The notes under the pieces were generated by a model, which was given only the letters and a program-made list of their open reading frames with translations, had not been told where the DNA came from and did not search any database. A stretch of 62,734 nt of DNA, counting the filler, from Choristocarpus tenellus KU-1152 (taxonomy: Eukaryota; Protista; Phaeophyceae), in NCBI GenBank assembly GCA_964200185.2. It is 13 parts of 13 records of this genome, joined end to end, with 100 filler letters (N's around TTAATTAATTAA, not from the genome) between each part and the next. Parts side by side here need not be neighbours in the genome. Positions count along the whole stretch, not along the records: positions 31,717 to 38,477 come from CAXNAD020007408.1; positions 38,578 to 45,142 come from CAXNAD020007860.1; positions 45,243 to 51,647 come from CAXNAD020008203.1; 10 more parts are not named here. One strand, written 5' to 3'. Below are positions 37,932 through 51,271 of this stretch, in pieces. The position numbers and the translations under genes were made by a program. Numbering within the stretch: position 1 is the stretch's first letter; each line of letters starts with the position of its first letter.

Positions 37932-39518
37932 TGGTTCAGTATCTTAAAATCAGCTGTAATTTGTCTTGATTTTCAGGTGTGTCGCTGGTGGTCCTGTTCG
38001 GTTACGGTTCGGTGTAGAAGCGACGAGTAGGCTCGGGCATGGGCAGTCAGTCCTCCTCCTCTGCACTCTGACGCGTGGTGGACTTTGAGTGTGGTGTGCA
38101 GTGATACGAGTACAGTATGAATGGATCGTCATCAGGGCTCTGAGCATGAGCCGTACTCTGAAACGTATCGTGTATTGCAATGATATGCATGAGATACAAC
38201 ACTACAGCAGGACCATACTGCTGTTATTCCCTTTCTGGATACAGTACGTACTGTACAGTACTGCTGTACATTGCCCAGTACCGCTGTCTATGCAATATGA
38301 CACAATGTGCATGGTACGGAATGCGCTGCCACAATCACAACAGTTACAGCTTCATACAGCAGTACAGTAACTGAAAAAAGCAGCCGCGACTGTCCTCTCA
38401 TCACACTCCATATTATCCACGTGGCCACACACGTTGTCTTTGTGCGGTAGGCGATACTGCCGTACCAGGTACAGTACNNNNNNNNNNNNNNNNNNNNNNN
38501 NNNNNNNNNNNNNNNNNNNNNTTAATTAATTAANNNNNNNNNNNNNNNNNNNNNNNNNNNNNNNNNNNNNNNNNNNNATGCGAAGCTTGTACTTCGTATA
38601 TATTTTTAGCTTTAATGACTGTTATTATCGTGTAATTTTGGCACGCTTAGTAAGCAAGGTCTGTCACCACACTGTCACTACATTGAGCCGATCTCTTGAT
38701 CATCTTTCATGTTAAAGGTGGTACATATGTACGTAGCGGCCAATCTTCATACTAGAGGCGGCGTTGACCTACACTTTGACATTATTATTGGTAATGAAAA
38801 AAATTATGTATAAAATAAACAGGACACAACAGACAAAATAGAGAGTTTCTCGTTCGCCGGCACGCTTTGCATGCTGACTTACCTTTAACGTATGTATATA
38901 TATCCTCCACCACCGCATAGTCAGGTGCTTTAAGCTCCTCCACCTTTCCCCCCCTGCCACGCACATGCAGTTGCTTTTTTAAGTACAACAAGCCGCTGAG
39001 CGTGTTGGGGAGATAGATGATGAAAGATCACACAAAATAAAAGAAATTATATCGATGTACGGCGTCTTGGGGGACTCCGCTGCTATGACAACACTGCTCA
39101 CAAGTACTAGCAGCTAACACTTCTAAATACTACTAGCATCAGATATTTTGGCAATTGAATGCATACTTTTGCATCCATAATTCGTTTGTACATAATATAT
39201 TTTATAAAGGATCACCAACTCGTATTGAAGGAGGCTCAAAATCATGAATGTAAACAAAGGACTACGACTGCCATGCAACCAAAAACCCCTTCTACTATGT
39301 ATCGCAACAACAACATGCTGCTTGGAACGCTCTGAAAACATCATCATGGATTACACTAAACGCATGTTGTCGCCGCCATCACCTGCGGCAGTTATTACTA
39401 TCCGCCACAACAAATATGCATACTCGGCTCTTAATACACACCGCTCATTCTCCAAGAGGCCTACGAGGTATACTTTACTTACACGAATATCTGCCACGTA
39501 CTTGCTAATCCGATGTCT

Positions 39519-42500
39519 CTAATTTTCTCTAGCACCGCAACGGGACTGAAAGTGTGCAGCGGTAAACCTAACCCACGTGTTTGGCTCCAGCGTTTGCGTG
39601 GTAGGGTGCGGTCTCTTCCGTGCCGCCGTACTGCTCCGTCCTGTATCCGCTTCAAGGACGGAGCCTTCCACAGCCGTCTGCAAGGGCACCCCCGTACATG
39701 CACCTGCACCGGCAGACGCCCCCCTCCCCTCCCCCGTACTGAGGTTCTCCTTCTCTTCATCATCCTCGTCGTCCTTGTCCTCCTTCTGCTGCTCATGGTC
39801 CTCCTCCTCCTCTTCATCCTCCTCCTCGTCCTCCTCCTTGTCGTCGTCAGTGTTGTCCTCCTTTTCGTCCCCATTCTCCCCCCCCCTCTACTCTCCTCGT
39901 CCCTTGAATTTTGTCTTCCGTCCTTCTCCCACAAAACCCCCCCTTTCCCTCGCCTCGATAGCAGACCGTAGAACTGTCAAGACCTTGATAGGAATCTTTT
40001 TGCCGTTCCCAACAAGTTTGTCGCACGTCGAAAAAATACCCGCCACAGGTTCCCAGCTTACGTCTTTAACCCGCTTCGGTTTCCCAGTTCACCCAGATCT
40101 ATCACCAGCGTGTATGTAGCCTTCAAAAAAACTACTTTTCCCGTACTTTTCAAGGGTCACAAACGTGGTGTTGTCATGTGTGTGGTCACTGGTCGGCCGA
40201 AGCCAGTGAAGATCCACCCCACGCTCCCCGTCGTTACTGACGCGCTCCACTAGGATCTTGCCAACCAAGAGCGCCTCCGTTGCCACAAAAAAGGCAAACT
40301 TGCCTTCCTGCAAGGTGACGAGGTTTCCATCGTTTGCCGATCTCAAGGTAGCACGAGGCCAACCCTGTCGACAGAAGCCAGCTTCTTCCGTCTCACTATC
40401 CGATGAGGAAGAGTCTGTTTCCTCAAGCCCGCTGAGATCATTGTCAGCGCTGACGAGATTACTTCCTCCACCCGAACGTTCGCCCTCGTCGGTGTCTTCG
40501 AAGTCACTGGTACCAGTTCCAGCGCCATCGTCATCGGTGGGAAGTCAATGGACTGGGAGGTCGAACTCTCGTTGCCCTGTCTTTTTGAGAAGCCGCACAG
40601 ACTCGCTTTGCTCGTGTTTCGCTCTCTGAACGGCTTCATCGTCGCAAAGGTGGATGGCATGAGCACTAGAACATCAACAGTATGGAAACATGAATGTGAC
40701 TTTGTAACCAGCTGTAAGTTTGCACGAATGCGCTCGGGGAGCATGTAGTTAGAGGGAGGGTGTAGATTTCGTTGGATTCGTCGCTGTTGAGTACAAGACC
40801 GGTACCCTCAAAACAATTATCACCTGTAAATCTATAGTACTTGTTTATCATGACACACGACAATTACTACGCATGAGAATGGAATATTTTTCTAGGTTGT
40901 TTTTGTAAAGGCTGTTAAGGCTGCCTCATACAGAAGTTGCACCAGATTTTTTTGGCTGCCACCGAATACAAAAATTTGTCATCACTCCCCTCATGAAATG
41001 TTCGACTTACCCAGTGGGTACTCAGCAGCGAGGCAATCGTGCGACGCCTGGTACCGCTGCTCCACCTTCAGGATGACATCTTCGGGAACGCTCTTGAGCT
41101 GGTAGGGTGGTGCATCTTGGAGACGAGGCGGGTGGCCGATGAAGAGGTCATGCGGAGGGACATTGGGGTCGTAGCAACGTTGGCGCCTATCCCATTCCAT
41201 GCGGTGCTGTGCATGTATTGCTTTACGCTAACCTTAACCCGCCCATCACCGACTTTTTCAACGCGAAAAACCCTGCAGCTCGTGATGTTGGGAACACGGT
41301 TGACGCGACCGCGAAGGAGTCCCTTGAAGTTGCCCTCGTTCCGTAGGGTCTTGCAGTAGACAGGAACCTCCGTGTAAGAGGCCTGCAGCTCTTCACCCAG
41401 CTGTTTTCTTGTGAAGATGTTCTTCCCTTTGATACCACGTGAGAACCTGAAGGTGAAATGCAAGCAAGTTAATTTTGAGGCGGGCGCGAAAGAAACGAAG
41501 TGGAGAAGCAAGATATACATGCAGGCACGTGCTCTGATGCATGTATATGGAACTATAAATATAAAAAGGGGTAATGCGTACATTTTTGTTTTGTTTTGTT
41601 TCGAGGCTAGGTTACAATACAGTTTTGGCAGCTGCTCTTCTCGTGCTATTTTGTTGTGGGGAAATCAAAAGTCAATAAATCAATTGCAGTGTATGACCAT
41701 AAACCTTCCAGAGTGGCAACAAGCGTGAACTGCAAGCCTCAAGGCAGTATCTGTCCATGTAAAAACACCATGTGGCTATCGCATTCACGGTGCGTGCCTA
41801 ATTACCTGGAGAAGATCTGATCGATCTTGATGTGCGTGTGCCCCACCATCATAAAATGTTTCTCGACCACACAAATGACACTTGCCTCGACCAACAGTCC
41901 CGCATATCCGAGAAAGAACTTGTTTTTGTTCTCTGAAACGCAGTTGTTGACCTGGGTAGTTCGGGGAGTTGGGAGCGAGGGAGGGATAGGTGTGAGGCCG
42001 ATGTGTCAGCCCGTTTCACCACGTTTCGTGGAGAAACAGGGCGTGTTTCCAGAAGTGCTAGAGCGCAAGCTCTACATCACCACCATCATACATGCAAGTT
42101 GTATCCCACAAACCAAGACTAAATACCACGCAGTTAGTTACTTGGTGGCCGCTATTCGGAGAGTAGATCGCAAGTAGGTCGTCCCAAGATGAAACTTTCT
42201 TACCTGCCAATGCACGTGCTGGATGATGCAACCCCCCGCATGATCGAGGCTGTTTTGGTTATTGTCGATAAGCCTTGTGAGGGCAAAGTGGGTGGCTGTG
42301 CAGATAAGGTTACAACCTGCGTGAACGATGATGTCTGTCGTTAGTTGGCAAATAGTACTCTGCTTACTTAGGCATTGTTTACTTGGAGCTAAAAAGAGGG
42401 GCAATGCAATGTATTTTTGCGATGTAGAGCACATACACCCGACTGGCTGATATAGATGTCTGTCGGTTTCCCTCCTCCTTGATTAGCTCTTACACTCCTC

Positions 42501-44951
42501 TCGTCCTTCGAGTGAAAGTATCTTAGAGGGTACGAGTTTTGCCCTGTTTGTCCGTTTGGGCTTGGCTTCCCGTGGGCTTTTTTATGACATTTTCCTAATC
42601 CAAAATGTTTCGGAGTAGGTAAAATGTGTATGTAATGATAAGATGTGTCCGGAAAAAGGATATTGACACTTCCTAACAAGCACGATAGCCAACATTACAT
42701 CGAAATTTCAACATTGAATTTTGGCCCCCAAATGGACGCGGCTCTACCCTCTAAGATACTTTGGGTCCTTCCGAAGCTGAGGCGTACGAGGGCAGGGGAG
42801 CACAGCGCATCATCAGTTAATCGACTGTTCACCAGGCCTGCAGTATCTGTAGGCAAATCGTGCAAGGATGTACTCGTCCTCGGGTATCTAACCTGCGGTG
42901 GGTCCCCTCACCATGACGGTAAATCAAGTGGTGCATGCGCACCCAGCACTATTCAGCCGTGTGATTGTTGTGCCACAACCCACAACACGTACCCCCTCCA
43001 AGATTTTGAGGAGTGAAGAACACCTCCGCGAACTGGCCTTTGACGTGAGCGGCCTTGATCTTCTGGCGCTCGGAGTAGCCCCTGATAACAAGGACATGAA
43101 CCAAAGAAACGTGTAAGGAAAGGTGTTACGGTGCGTCATCACCATGATGAACGGAATAGGTAGTGGAAATATGTCCGTCTGTTTTGGCGGTTATTTCTTG
43201 CGACTTTGCACTCACTCATTCAATAAAACAGGATGGTCTATTCTCTTCTGCGTGCGGCTGCAGACTTGTTGACAAATGGACTATGCGTGCATGTGGTTAC
43301 CTGTCACCGCCGTGGGTAGGTGGGTAAAGTGCTGGGAGGGCGTGGGATGTCTGGTTCGCCGCGTCTACAGACATGAACACGAAGCCGAGAGGTTTGCCAT
43401 CGGCTTTGGCCCGCATGGCGCTGCTGGTGTTGTTGGCGATGACCAGCCGATCCGCTTGGATAATCTGGCGAATGGGGGAGAGCAACATCACGTTTATAAA
43501 TCAAATAAATCTGCTTAGAGGTGTAAAAAAATGGTCAGTTAACACGTACCAGATACGTGACAAAAATGGAGTGTAGGTAACAATAAATGTTTGTCTTTGC
43601 TCCTATTTTTTACTGCTGCATTCAAGGCAAAGACAGTATTATCAGCACGGGAGCAAGTACGTACGTACGGGGCCGGAAGACCGCAACATGACATGTCCCT
43701 CCCACAGTCCGTTGTAAACGACCAGGAAACAGTCCATCACACAAGGTGTTTGGGAAACTAATAACAACAGTTTTGCGCTGAGTGAGGCTCCTGCTGCTGC
43801 CATAAGCACCTGCATCGGAGTCTTCATTCGCAAAAGGCAACAGATGTTGTTCCCAATGGAGGGCAATGACGGCGACATGTTGCTACTGTACGATTGTCTC
43901 CAAATTAACGCTGGACACCTACCTTTCGACGGTCTGACAGCTCCTTGTCAATGGACTCGAGGATGGTGGAGTCGTTCGTGGGTTTTACACCAGGTGCACC
44001 GTGCCGCTTCTCTTTTAATATGACATATGTCACATTTCATAAATTCGCCTCCTACCCTCACCCTGATGTTGGACCTGTCCTCTCTGAGCAATCGGAGGAA
44101 GTGCGCTTTGCTTACCCGCTTGGAATTGTCGTCAAGATACACCCGTAATGCCTCTTTGCAAAAATCCTTGTATAGTAGCTCCTAATTAATAATATTGTTT
44201 TTGTGGACAAGTGAGGAATTATTGAGAAGGAACACTCAAAGAACACCGCTGCATGATCTCTCGAAGGCGGCCTGACCAATAACTTAACTGACAACACGGA
44301 AGACAGGATCAAGCAAGCTTACATCGTGCGTAATGAAAAAGCAAATAGAATTATCTTCGTAAATCTGCCACACGAGCGCCATTCTCTTCGGGTCTCACCG
44401 CCTTTGTAGAAACGCAAAGGAGGCTAATCTACCATCATCATCAACATCATCATCACGAAGTCGTTGAGACATACGAAGTACAGACTTTTACTACCAAGGT
44501 CAGACCGGGCCTGGGGCCGCAGAGTAGGTGTACACAGCGGTGAAATAACAGTTGCTGTGCCTTCCTCCGTAAAAGCGACAAAGAGTATCATCATCATCAT
44601 TGTAGTCTAGACATTAGAAAGAAAAAAAATAGTACTTCGTACGAAGCTTCACATTTTTTTTTAACCATCCTCTCAGACCGGTCAAAGTAATAACCACCCA
44701 CCACTTGAAATACTCCTTCGATCCACTTCTTCTACGTACTGCTGGGTCACACGGTTTGCAACTAACACCAACGCAGGGTGTGGCTAACCTCTCCACAACC
44801 AAGGGCAAAACCTACCTCTTTGTTCGCGGCGTAGATCACAATTGCGGACTTGTGAGGCATGAACTGCCGGTATGTATCCGCCCAGTAGTCTATCCAGGAC
44901 ACCACCAGGTCTCGCTTCGGAGCCATGTCCTTCTCTTTGTTCGTGTCGTTC
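39519..44951 (-). pseudogene. Intron-containing Sola-like (DUF7869-type) DDD transposase pseudogene
   Basis: Exons read: WADTYRQFMPHK (44951-44816); GEFMKCDIC (about 44030); FVFMSVDAANQ (about 43370); VNNCVSENKNKFFLGYAGLLV...FMMVGHTHIKIDQIFSR (41951-41806); FSRGIKGKNIFT... (from 41446); acidic tail to stop at 39519. Frameshift near 41170 and internal stops. Confidence 0.8.
42510..42767. mobile_element. MITE family A copy (258 bp) in an intron of the transposase pseudogene
   Basis: gagtgaaagtatcttagagggta ... taccctctaagatactttgggtc, flanked by CTTC on both sides. Confidence 0.93.
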
Positions 44952-45242
44952 CTGTTGTAGTAGCGCACGTATGTATATATGGATGGGAAGTGTGTTGGAG
45001 GTAGATATAAGGGACGGGAGATGGAATCATAGAGGAATCGTAGGCCGGCAGCGGATCTCTAATTCTGTAGGTATTTACGCGTGGTAACTGCAGCAGCAGC
45101 ACAAGGACGGTCGGATGAGATGATATTGTTGAAGCATAAATANNNNNNNNNNNNNNNNNNNNNNNNNNNNNNNNNNNNNNNNNNNNTTAATTAATTAANN
45201 NNNNNNNNNNNNNNNNNNNNNNNNNNNNNNNNNNNNNNNNNN

Positions 45243-45286
45243 GTCCCCGAATGGACGCGGCTGTACCCTCCGAGATACTTTGGCTC
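45243..45286. mobile_element. MITE family A terminus at contig start
   Basis: atggacgcggctgtaccctccgagatactttggctc. Confidence 0.8.
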
Positions 45287-45986
45287 GCAAGGATACAAAG
45301 CGCAGCCTCACAGCCTTCTTGCACCTTGTAGGTAATTGCAGGTTGTGACAATAGTTGGATGAGTGGGTCGAGCAACACTCAATATAGCAACTTGTACTTC
45401 GAAATACCACCCTCCAAACGAAGTGGTTTTCTGTGATTGATTTATACCTAGGTTCTTCATACACATTACGCACAGAACTATAGCGCGCTATTAGAACTGA
45501 GGCATTCGATTTGTTGAATGATATAACGGCTTACATTGTTTGATCCTTGGGGAGAGGGTATGATGGTCTAAAGGTAATTGAGTTAAACTTTATTCCTCAA
45601 ACTTCTCGCCAACATTGTTTTGCTGGGTGGAAAGAAGATGAACAATAATGAGAAGGAGTGTAGTGGAGTAGTTGCTTGGTAAACTTTGTATGATCTCAAC
45701 TTCGGTCGACATGCTGTCAAGGACGTTGCGACCTACTGGTTCAAACTGTCAATGGAGGTTTCCCGAACTATGCCAATATCAGGTTGGGTACCTTTCATAT
45801 ATTTATGGAGAGCTTTGACTTTCAAAAAGGGAGGCCATCCCATGTGTACCCAAGTACCCTAAACATTCTTACGTAGATTTGGTTTAGGGGCAGCGCCGGA
45901 AGACCTTCTCTTCCTTAACTGCTCTGTCTCCCCACAGTTCATCTTCTTGATCGTCTCACCCCTCTCCACTATTTTCCTTATTGCAG

Positions 45987-48781
45987 GTATTATCATCCAT
46001 CCTTTGGGGCATTTTGGGTGCGGAACACCCATACTACATGGAGCCAGGTCATGGGGGATGGGAGGGTACGATGCCATCAGCTCATAGTGTGCATGATCCG
46101 AAGGTGATATGGTACACGGAAGAGGTCCGGAGGGGTACCATCAAACATGCTATTCTAGGACAGGTACAGTCTATGCCTTGCTGCATCAAGATTGATTATT
46201 GTGTTTATCAGTTTTGTGCAAGTCACGCACAGTATGTTGTGCCGCCCGTATGCCGACAAACTAGAGTCAAGCAGTGGACTAGGATATTGTGCGTTTGATC
46301 TTTGATTTTCATGTTCCTACTATTCTGTAAAATTTGTATACTCTTCTCGCACTCAAGATTTTTTTTCGAAATTTTCTTATGCTATAATCTTCAGATAACA
46401 ATTTCAATAAACTTGGATATCTGACAGCGAAACAAAGGCACCTTTACAATGTGCGTGTTGGCAATTGCTGTTCTATTGATTTGGTCTAGATGTTAATCAT
46501 GAAATGGTCTCGCCTAAGTCTAAATGACAAGTGCACAAGGAAGCCATTCTAGCTTAGTTAGGACCTGTGCCTTATCGTGCACAACCTTTTTACAATATAT
46601 TGCAATATGACAGGAGAAAAAAGTATTGAAATGGAGACCCTAAACGTTAAGCTGAGTAGTAGTGAAGGTCCTGAACTTAGTCGCCCAGTATATCATGATT
46701 TACCGAGCGTAGAGCGTGCTATCACCAGAGACGTGAGTATACTCCCAAAATAGGGCAATACTGGTCGTACCTCCAATAATAAACTTTCTCGATTATCATT
46801 GCAGTGTCAAGTGTGTTCTTTTTTGGATAATTCTAGTAGAATCCTAGGACTCGAGCAGTTCCATCCCACCAGAAAATAGTCGTCTCCTACAATCCCAATG
46901 AAGAAAGAGTGCAAGCAAAATATTGATTTCCTGGATATCTCCTTGTAGGACTCCATAGCTTAAACAGTTCAACAGTTCCATCCCACCAGAAGTTTGACAT
47001 TCCAAGGCAAATCCCCACAGAGAGAAGAGTGACATCAAAATATTGATTTTCGACTCAAGCCTTGAAAAGAACTTGTTCTTCATGGACAACTCGTTTAGAT
47101 AGGGAGTGAAAGTATCTTGGAGGGTATGAGTTTTTCCATGTTTGTCCATTTGGGGCTTGGCCTCCCACGGGTTTTTTGTAACATTTTACCTACTCCCAAA
47201 TGTGTATGTTATGAAAAAGTGTGTCTGGAACAAGGATATTGACATCTTCTAACAAATATTGTAGCCAAAATTACATCCAAATTACAACATTGGATTTTGG
47301 ACCTCACATGGCAGCTGCTCTGCCCTTTGACTGTAGGATTAGCTTCCTTCACTCATAATGTTTTTTAAACTAACATTCTGTATGTAATCATGATGGAAAT
47401 AAGGAGCAACTCTTTAACTGACAGTTGGGTGGCATTACAATTAATTTGCATAAGCGAGATAGGTGATAGTGTGGGCAAGAAAATGGAAGCAAATTAATAT
47501 GACTTTTTTGCCAATATAGTTTCATTATACTGGAATTTTCCTATCACGGCAAGGTTGATGCTGCAGCAGATTTAGACTTACAGGTTGACTCCTCGAAACA
47601 GATAAATTACGTCTATTGCCTGTGTCCTTAAAATGCTACAACCTTTCTTCCCCGACTTCTCTGACTGCTCTGCTGTAAAAGAATCATGTGCTATATAGCA
47701 CCAATAGGATGTGATCACGTGCGCACCTCAAAATTTGCGCGCACATGCAGACACACACATGCACACACAAGCACACACTTGCTCATACACTCACATACTA
47801 GTTTCTGTGTCCAATATTTTACAGTTAAGAAACCCACCAGAAGGTTTTGAGGGCGTTATTCGTGCGCACTTTGCTTGCAAGCGGCGAATGGTCCTTAGCA
47901 TGATTGACTCATGGGAGAGAAAAGTGAGGTCTCCTGGGGAGAAAGGAGCCCACTATGACAGCAACATGAAGAGTTTAACAAAGGCTGCCTGCCAAGACCT
48001 CCGTGACGAATATAAGCATCGTATGACAGTGGAGGAGGCCCGCAAAGATGTGGAAGTGAGTGGGACTTGCAAGCATTTCGTTGTGTCTTGTTCCAACTTT
48101 CATGTGTTCATCTCGGAATGTTAGTTTGTTACATATTTGTATTGCGTACCTGCAACCAATTTGGCACAACTATATGAATGCACTGTATATATTCCCATAA
48201 TATAGTCATACAAATATTCTCCTTTATCTGATGGCGCTTGAAAATTTAATCACAACAACTTAGACTCATGGTAGATCCATGGGGATTATTCTTGTTGTCC
48301 CCAAACTTGGAGCATTTCCAGCTCACAGGTGGGATATGGCCTCCCCATCATTTTCTCCCTTCAGCCTGATGGGCTCTGCAAAGGGACTCTGAAATGTTTC
48401 TAAGTAGAAGTGTTTTTCGATATTTCTTGCTTTGGTAAGTACGATTTTGATGGTCTATTTGTCCGTATCCCTTACTGTTACTACAATGCCCTAAATACAT
48501 TGCGACATCTATTGTTGACCAAAAAAATACTGTTCTCCTGCAACACCATGTTGTCCTTACAGGCAGCAAAAGCCGAGGTAGAGTATATTGAGATGAAGAT
48601 GTTATTTCTCAGTCTTAAAGTCGCTGCTGCCGAAGATGAGGCAGGTACCAAGTGCCCAAAGGCGTGCGAACGTCTTAAGCTGGGGCCTGGTCTGCTTGAG
48701 GCCGCCAATGGTAAGCTGGTCGCTGCACAGACTATCTTCCGACAATTGAGTGGAGTGGATAGCACAGTGCTAGAAGGGTGA
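45987..48781 (+). CDS. Ubiquitin-conjugating enzyme E2 (BIRC6/UBE2Z-like), last three exons (45987-46163, 47825-48055, 48563-48781)
   Basis: VLSSILWGILGAEHPYYMEPG...YTEEVRRGTIKHAILGQ / LRNPPEGFEGVIRAHFACKRR matches QVLxSIQxxILxxxPYFNEPG...PPxGFExVIxxHF. All exons are phase 0 with GT-AG introns. Confidence 0.8.
47104..47333. mobile_element. MITE family A copy with partly deleted right TIR
   Basis: gagtgaaagtatcttggagggta ... ctctgccctttgactg, flanked by TAGG on both sides. Confidence 0.85.
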
Positions 48782-51271
48782 ATCATTAGTTTCGAGAGTG
48801 GATACTTGTTTACTTGTGAGAAGTCAATAGCTTAGTATAGTGCGTGTGGTGTTGATTGCATCAACCTGGGTCTTACCCTGCAATTCTTCAATAATAAGGT
48901 GGCTTTATCTGATACACATCTTGTCGGTGTCTCGCATTGTGCACCAAAGAATAAAATAAAAGGGAAAGTGGTATTTCACGTGTAGGATATTTCACTGAGT
49001 CTTGACCTAAACGGTTTTTTGTGTGCCTTTAAATATATCTTAGTTGAAGGAATATGAGATGAGTTACAAACATGATAAAATGTCACAGAAATACATCAAT
49101 ATTATCATCGATTGCACAGTTTTTTGTTCTGATCTTCCTGACCTCTGCAAAGACCGAGTCTTGACGCACGGAAATATATAACAAATTCCAAAACTTTCTC
49201 ACTGCAAATTGTCATGGGTATCCTCTCCTGCTGTCATCATCCTTTTTGGCGTACGTTTACTCTGTTTTGAGCCATTCTATATTGAGCACCTGCTAATTAA
49301 AATTTTTAATAGTGCTCCCCTACTTGCATATCTACTACTACTGTTGATACCATAACCACAGTCGGCTTATCACTCCAAGGAATCCCCCACCATTGTGCTT
49401 CGCGATTGTGCTTGTAGAGCTTGTCTAGTTTATCGAGATTGAGCCCTAAAGCGACTTCAGATCAGATAAGCTGAAGGAAACAAAATCAATGCCAAAGTCA
49501 ACAAACGACAGATGTAGGAATACCTTGATTTGGGTCTACATAGTTGCGATTGCTGTGTTCTCTGAGCAAATATCACGTTTTCGAATGCTGCAGGTGTAGA
49601 CATGAAGTAATTCGATAGTGCTGAGAATGTACTGACAGAAGCCACAATTATTTCTCCTCCAAGTTTCGACTAGCAGATAAAGTTTTCTAAAGTTGTGAGT
49701 TAGGGGGACTAGTTGTCAAGAAGTAAATGCGCAGGTTGGGTTACGGGCCCTCAAGAATATGATCAGGGTTCATTCATTGCAGGTTAGGTTATTCTACCCT
49801 CTCAAAGGTCATCAACAGAAATACAAACCAGATCATATCTGTGTTTATCAGTTTCTTGTAGGACTCAAACATCGCTGTTTTTTTGGAGTCTAAAATAGGT
49901 CGGATCGAATTTTTTTCAAAAGCATACAAGTTAAAATGCAAGTACCCAGGCAACAGAAATGAGTTGAAGTTAATGGTTTGGAGATCCTTATAACCATACC
50001 TGTTGAGGTATGCATGTTCATACCTGTACATAACTTGACAAGAGGTGCTAAACTCTGCACAGATTACTTATTTCGAAATGATTTGATCATGGTGACGGAA
50101 TTAGAGTTGTTCATTGGATCGTAGTGCTCATTTACTTCTGCTTTTTTCTTGTAATTTTTTTCAACCAATATTTAGCATTCCGTTCTCTTTAAACGGAAGT
50201 TTACGCTTGTGGAGGTATCCACAACTGTTCCAATCAAAAGGAAATGACACCTGTAATAGATTCCCACACACTGGTGATGTTGATCGTGTTACAGGTGGAT
50301 GCCAATGGCATGGTGCATATACACTGGCGCAAGTGAAATTATTGGGACAAATGAGTGCTGTTTTCTTGCACTATCTCAAGCCTATCTTCCCTCACATGGC
50401 ATGGTGTTGTGTCCACAGCATGTAAAGTTACATATATAAAGTAGTCCAGTACTGTATGGGAGACTATTGGATACCTTTAAACTATTGAGGGCAGTTTTTT
50501 CACCATACTTCTTTTCTCTACAGCATTATGCTTGTGGAGAGCGTCGGTCTCACCAACATCTCTGAAGTATGTTTGCAAGTATTCCAGAACAAGTCGTCTT
50601 TGTCCATGTCAGGGAAGGGGGTTGCATTTCCAATATTTGCCAACAAAACTTTCACACACAAGATTACACCTGTACACAATGAATGTGTACTACCACCAGA
50701 AAGGTAACACCCATCCAATAAACCATTGAATCAATCTTAATCTACAGGCATTGTTTGTAGCCTTTTACTCTTGATCGATCACCGTCAAGCCCCTTTATGC
50801 ACAGAAGGGTGGTACCAGTTTCCCTTGATTACCCTTCTTCAAGGCCTAAGCTCTCAGTGAACAGGAGCAACGCCATCATTGGCAGCTTGGCATGTCTTTA
50901 GGAACTCCTCATATCGAAGTCCTGCCATGCAGTTATCATCCCAGCTGGCTGACCGCTTAGTGGAAAGTAAGAGAGGAGCAACTGGGTTCTGAGTCTTGAC
51001 TTTGTGCCTGCAATGAAGGGGCAGTGATCCAAAAAAGTGTTGTTCTTGGATTCAATATGGTGGACTCGTCATTCCTGCAGTCTGATAGTCTTTAAAAAGC
51101 TTGAGAGATCAAGGAGGAGGAGAACATATTTTTTAGTTTGAACTCATGCCTATAATATTTTTATTCATATATCCCCTTGTACCCACCACTACAATCGGTG
51201 GTACAAAGTTCTCCCGACAGGTGTCATGTTTGCCCTTTTTTCACACTTGGAAGGTTCTTCTGAAATCGAAA

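Noticed and set aside
39479-40119. Overlapping Arg-, Leu- and Ser-rich ORFs on both strands
   Set aside because: Shadow frames of the GAG/GAC-rich acidic tail of the transposase pseudogene.
46856-47060. About 117-bp imperfect duplication giving an ORF with repeated SGGMELL
   Set aside because: It is intronic, the ORF start comes from the adjacent MITE, and there is no evidence of coding function.
50857-51007. Possible minus-strand terminal exon (HKVKTQNPVAPLLLSTKRSASWDDNCMAGLRYEEFLKTCQAANDGVAPVH*)
   Set aside because: Plausible acceptor and stop, but no recognisable domain or partner exon, so it is not supportable as a feature.
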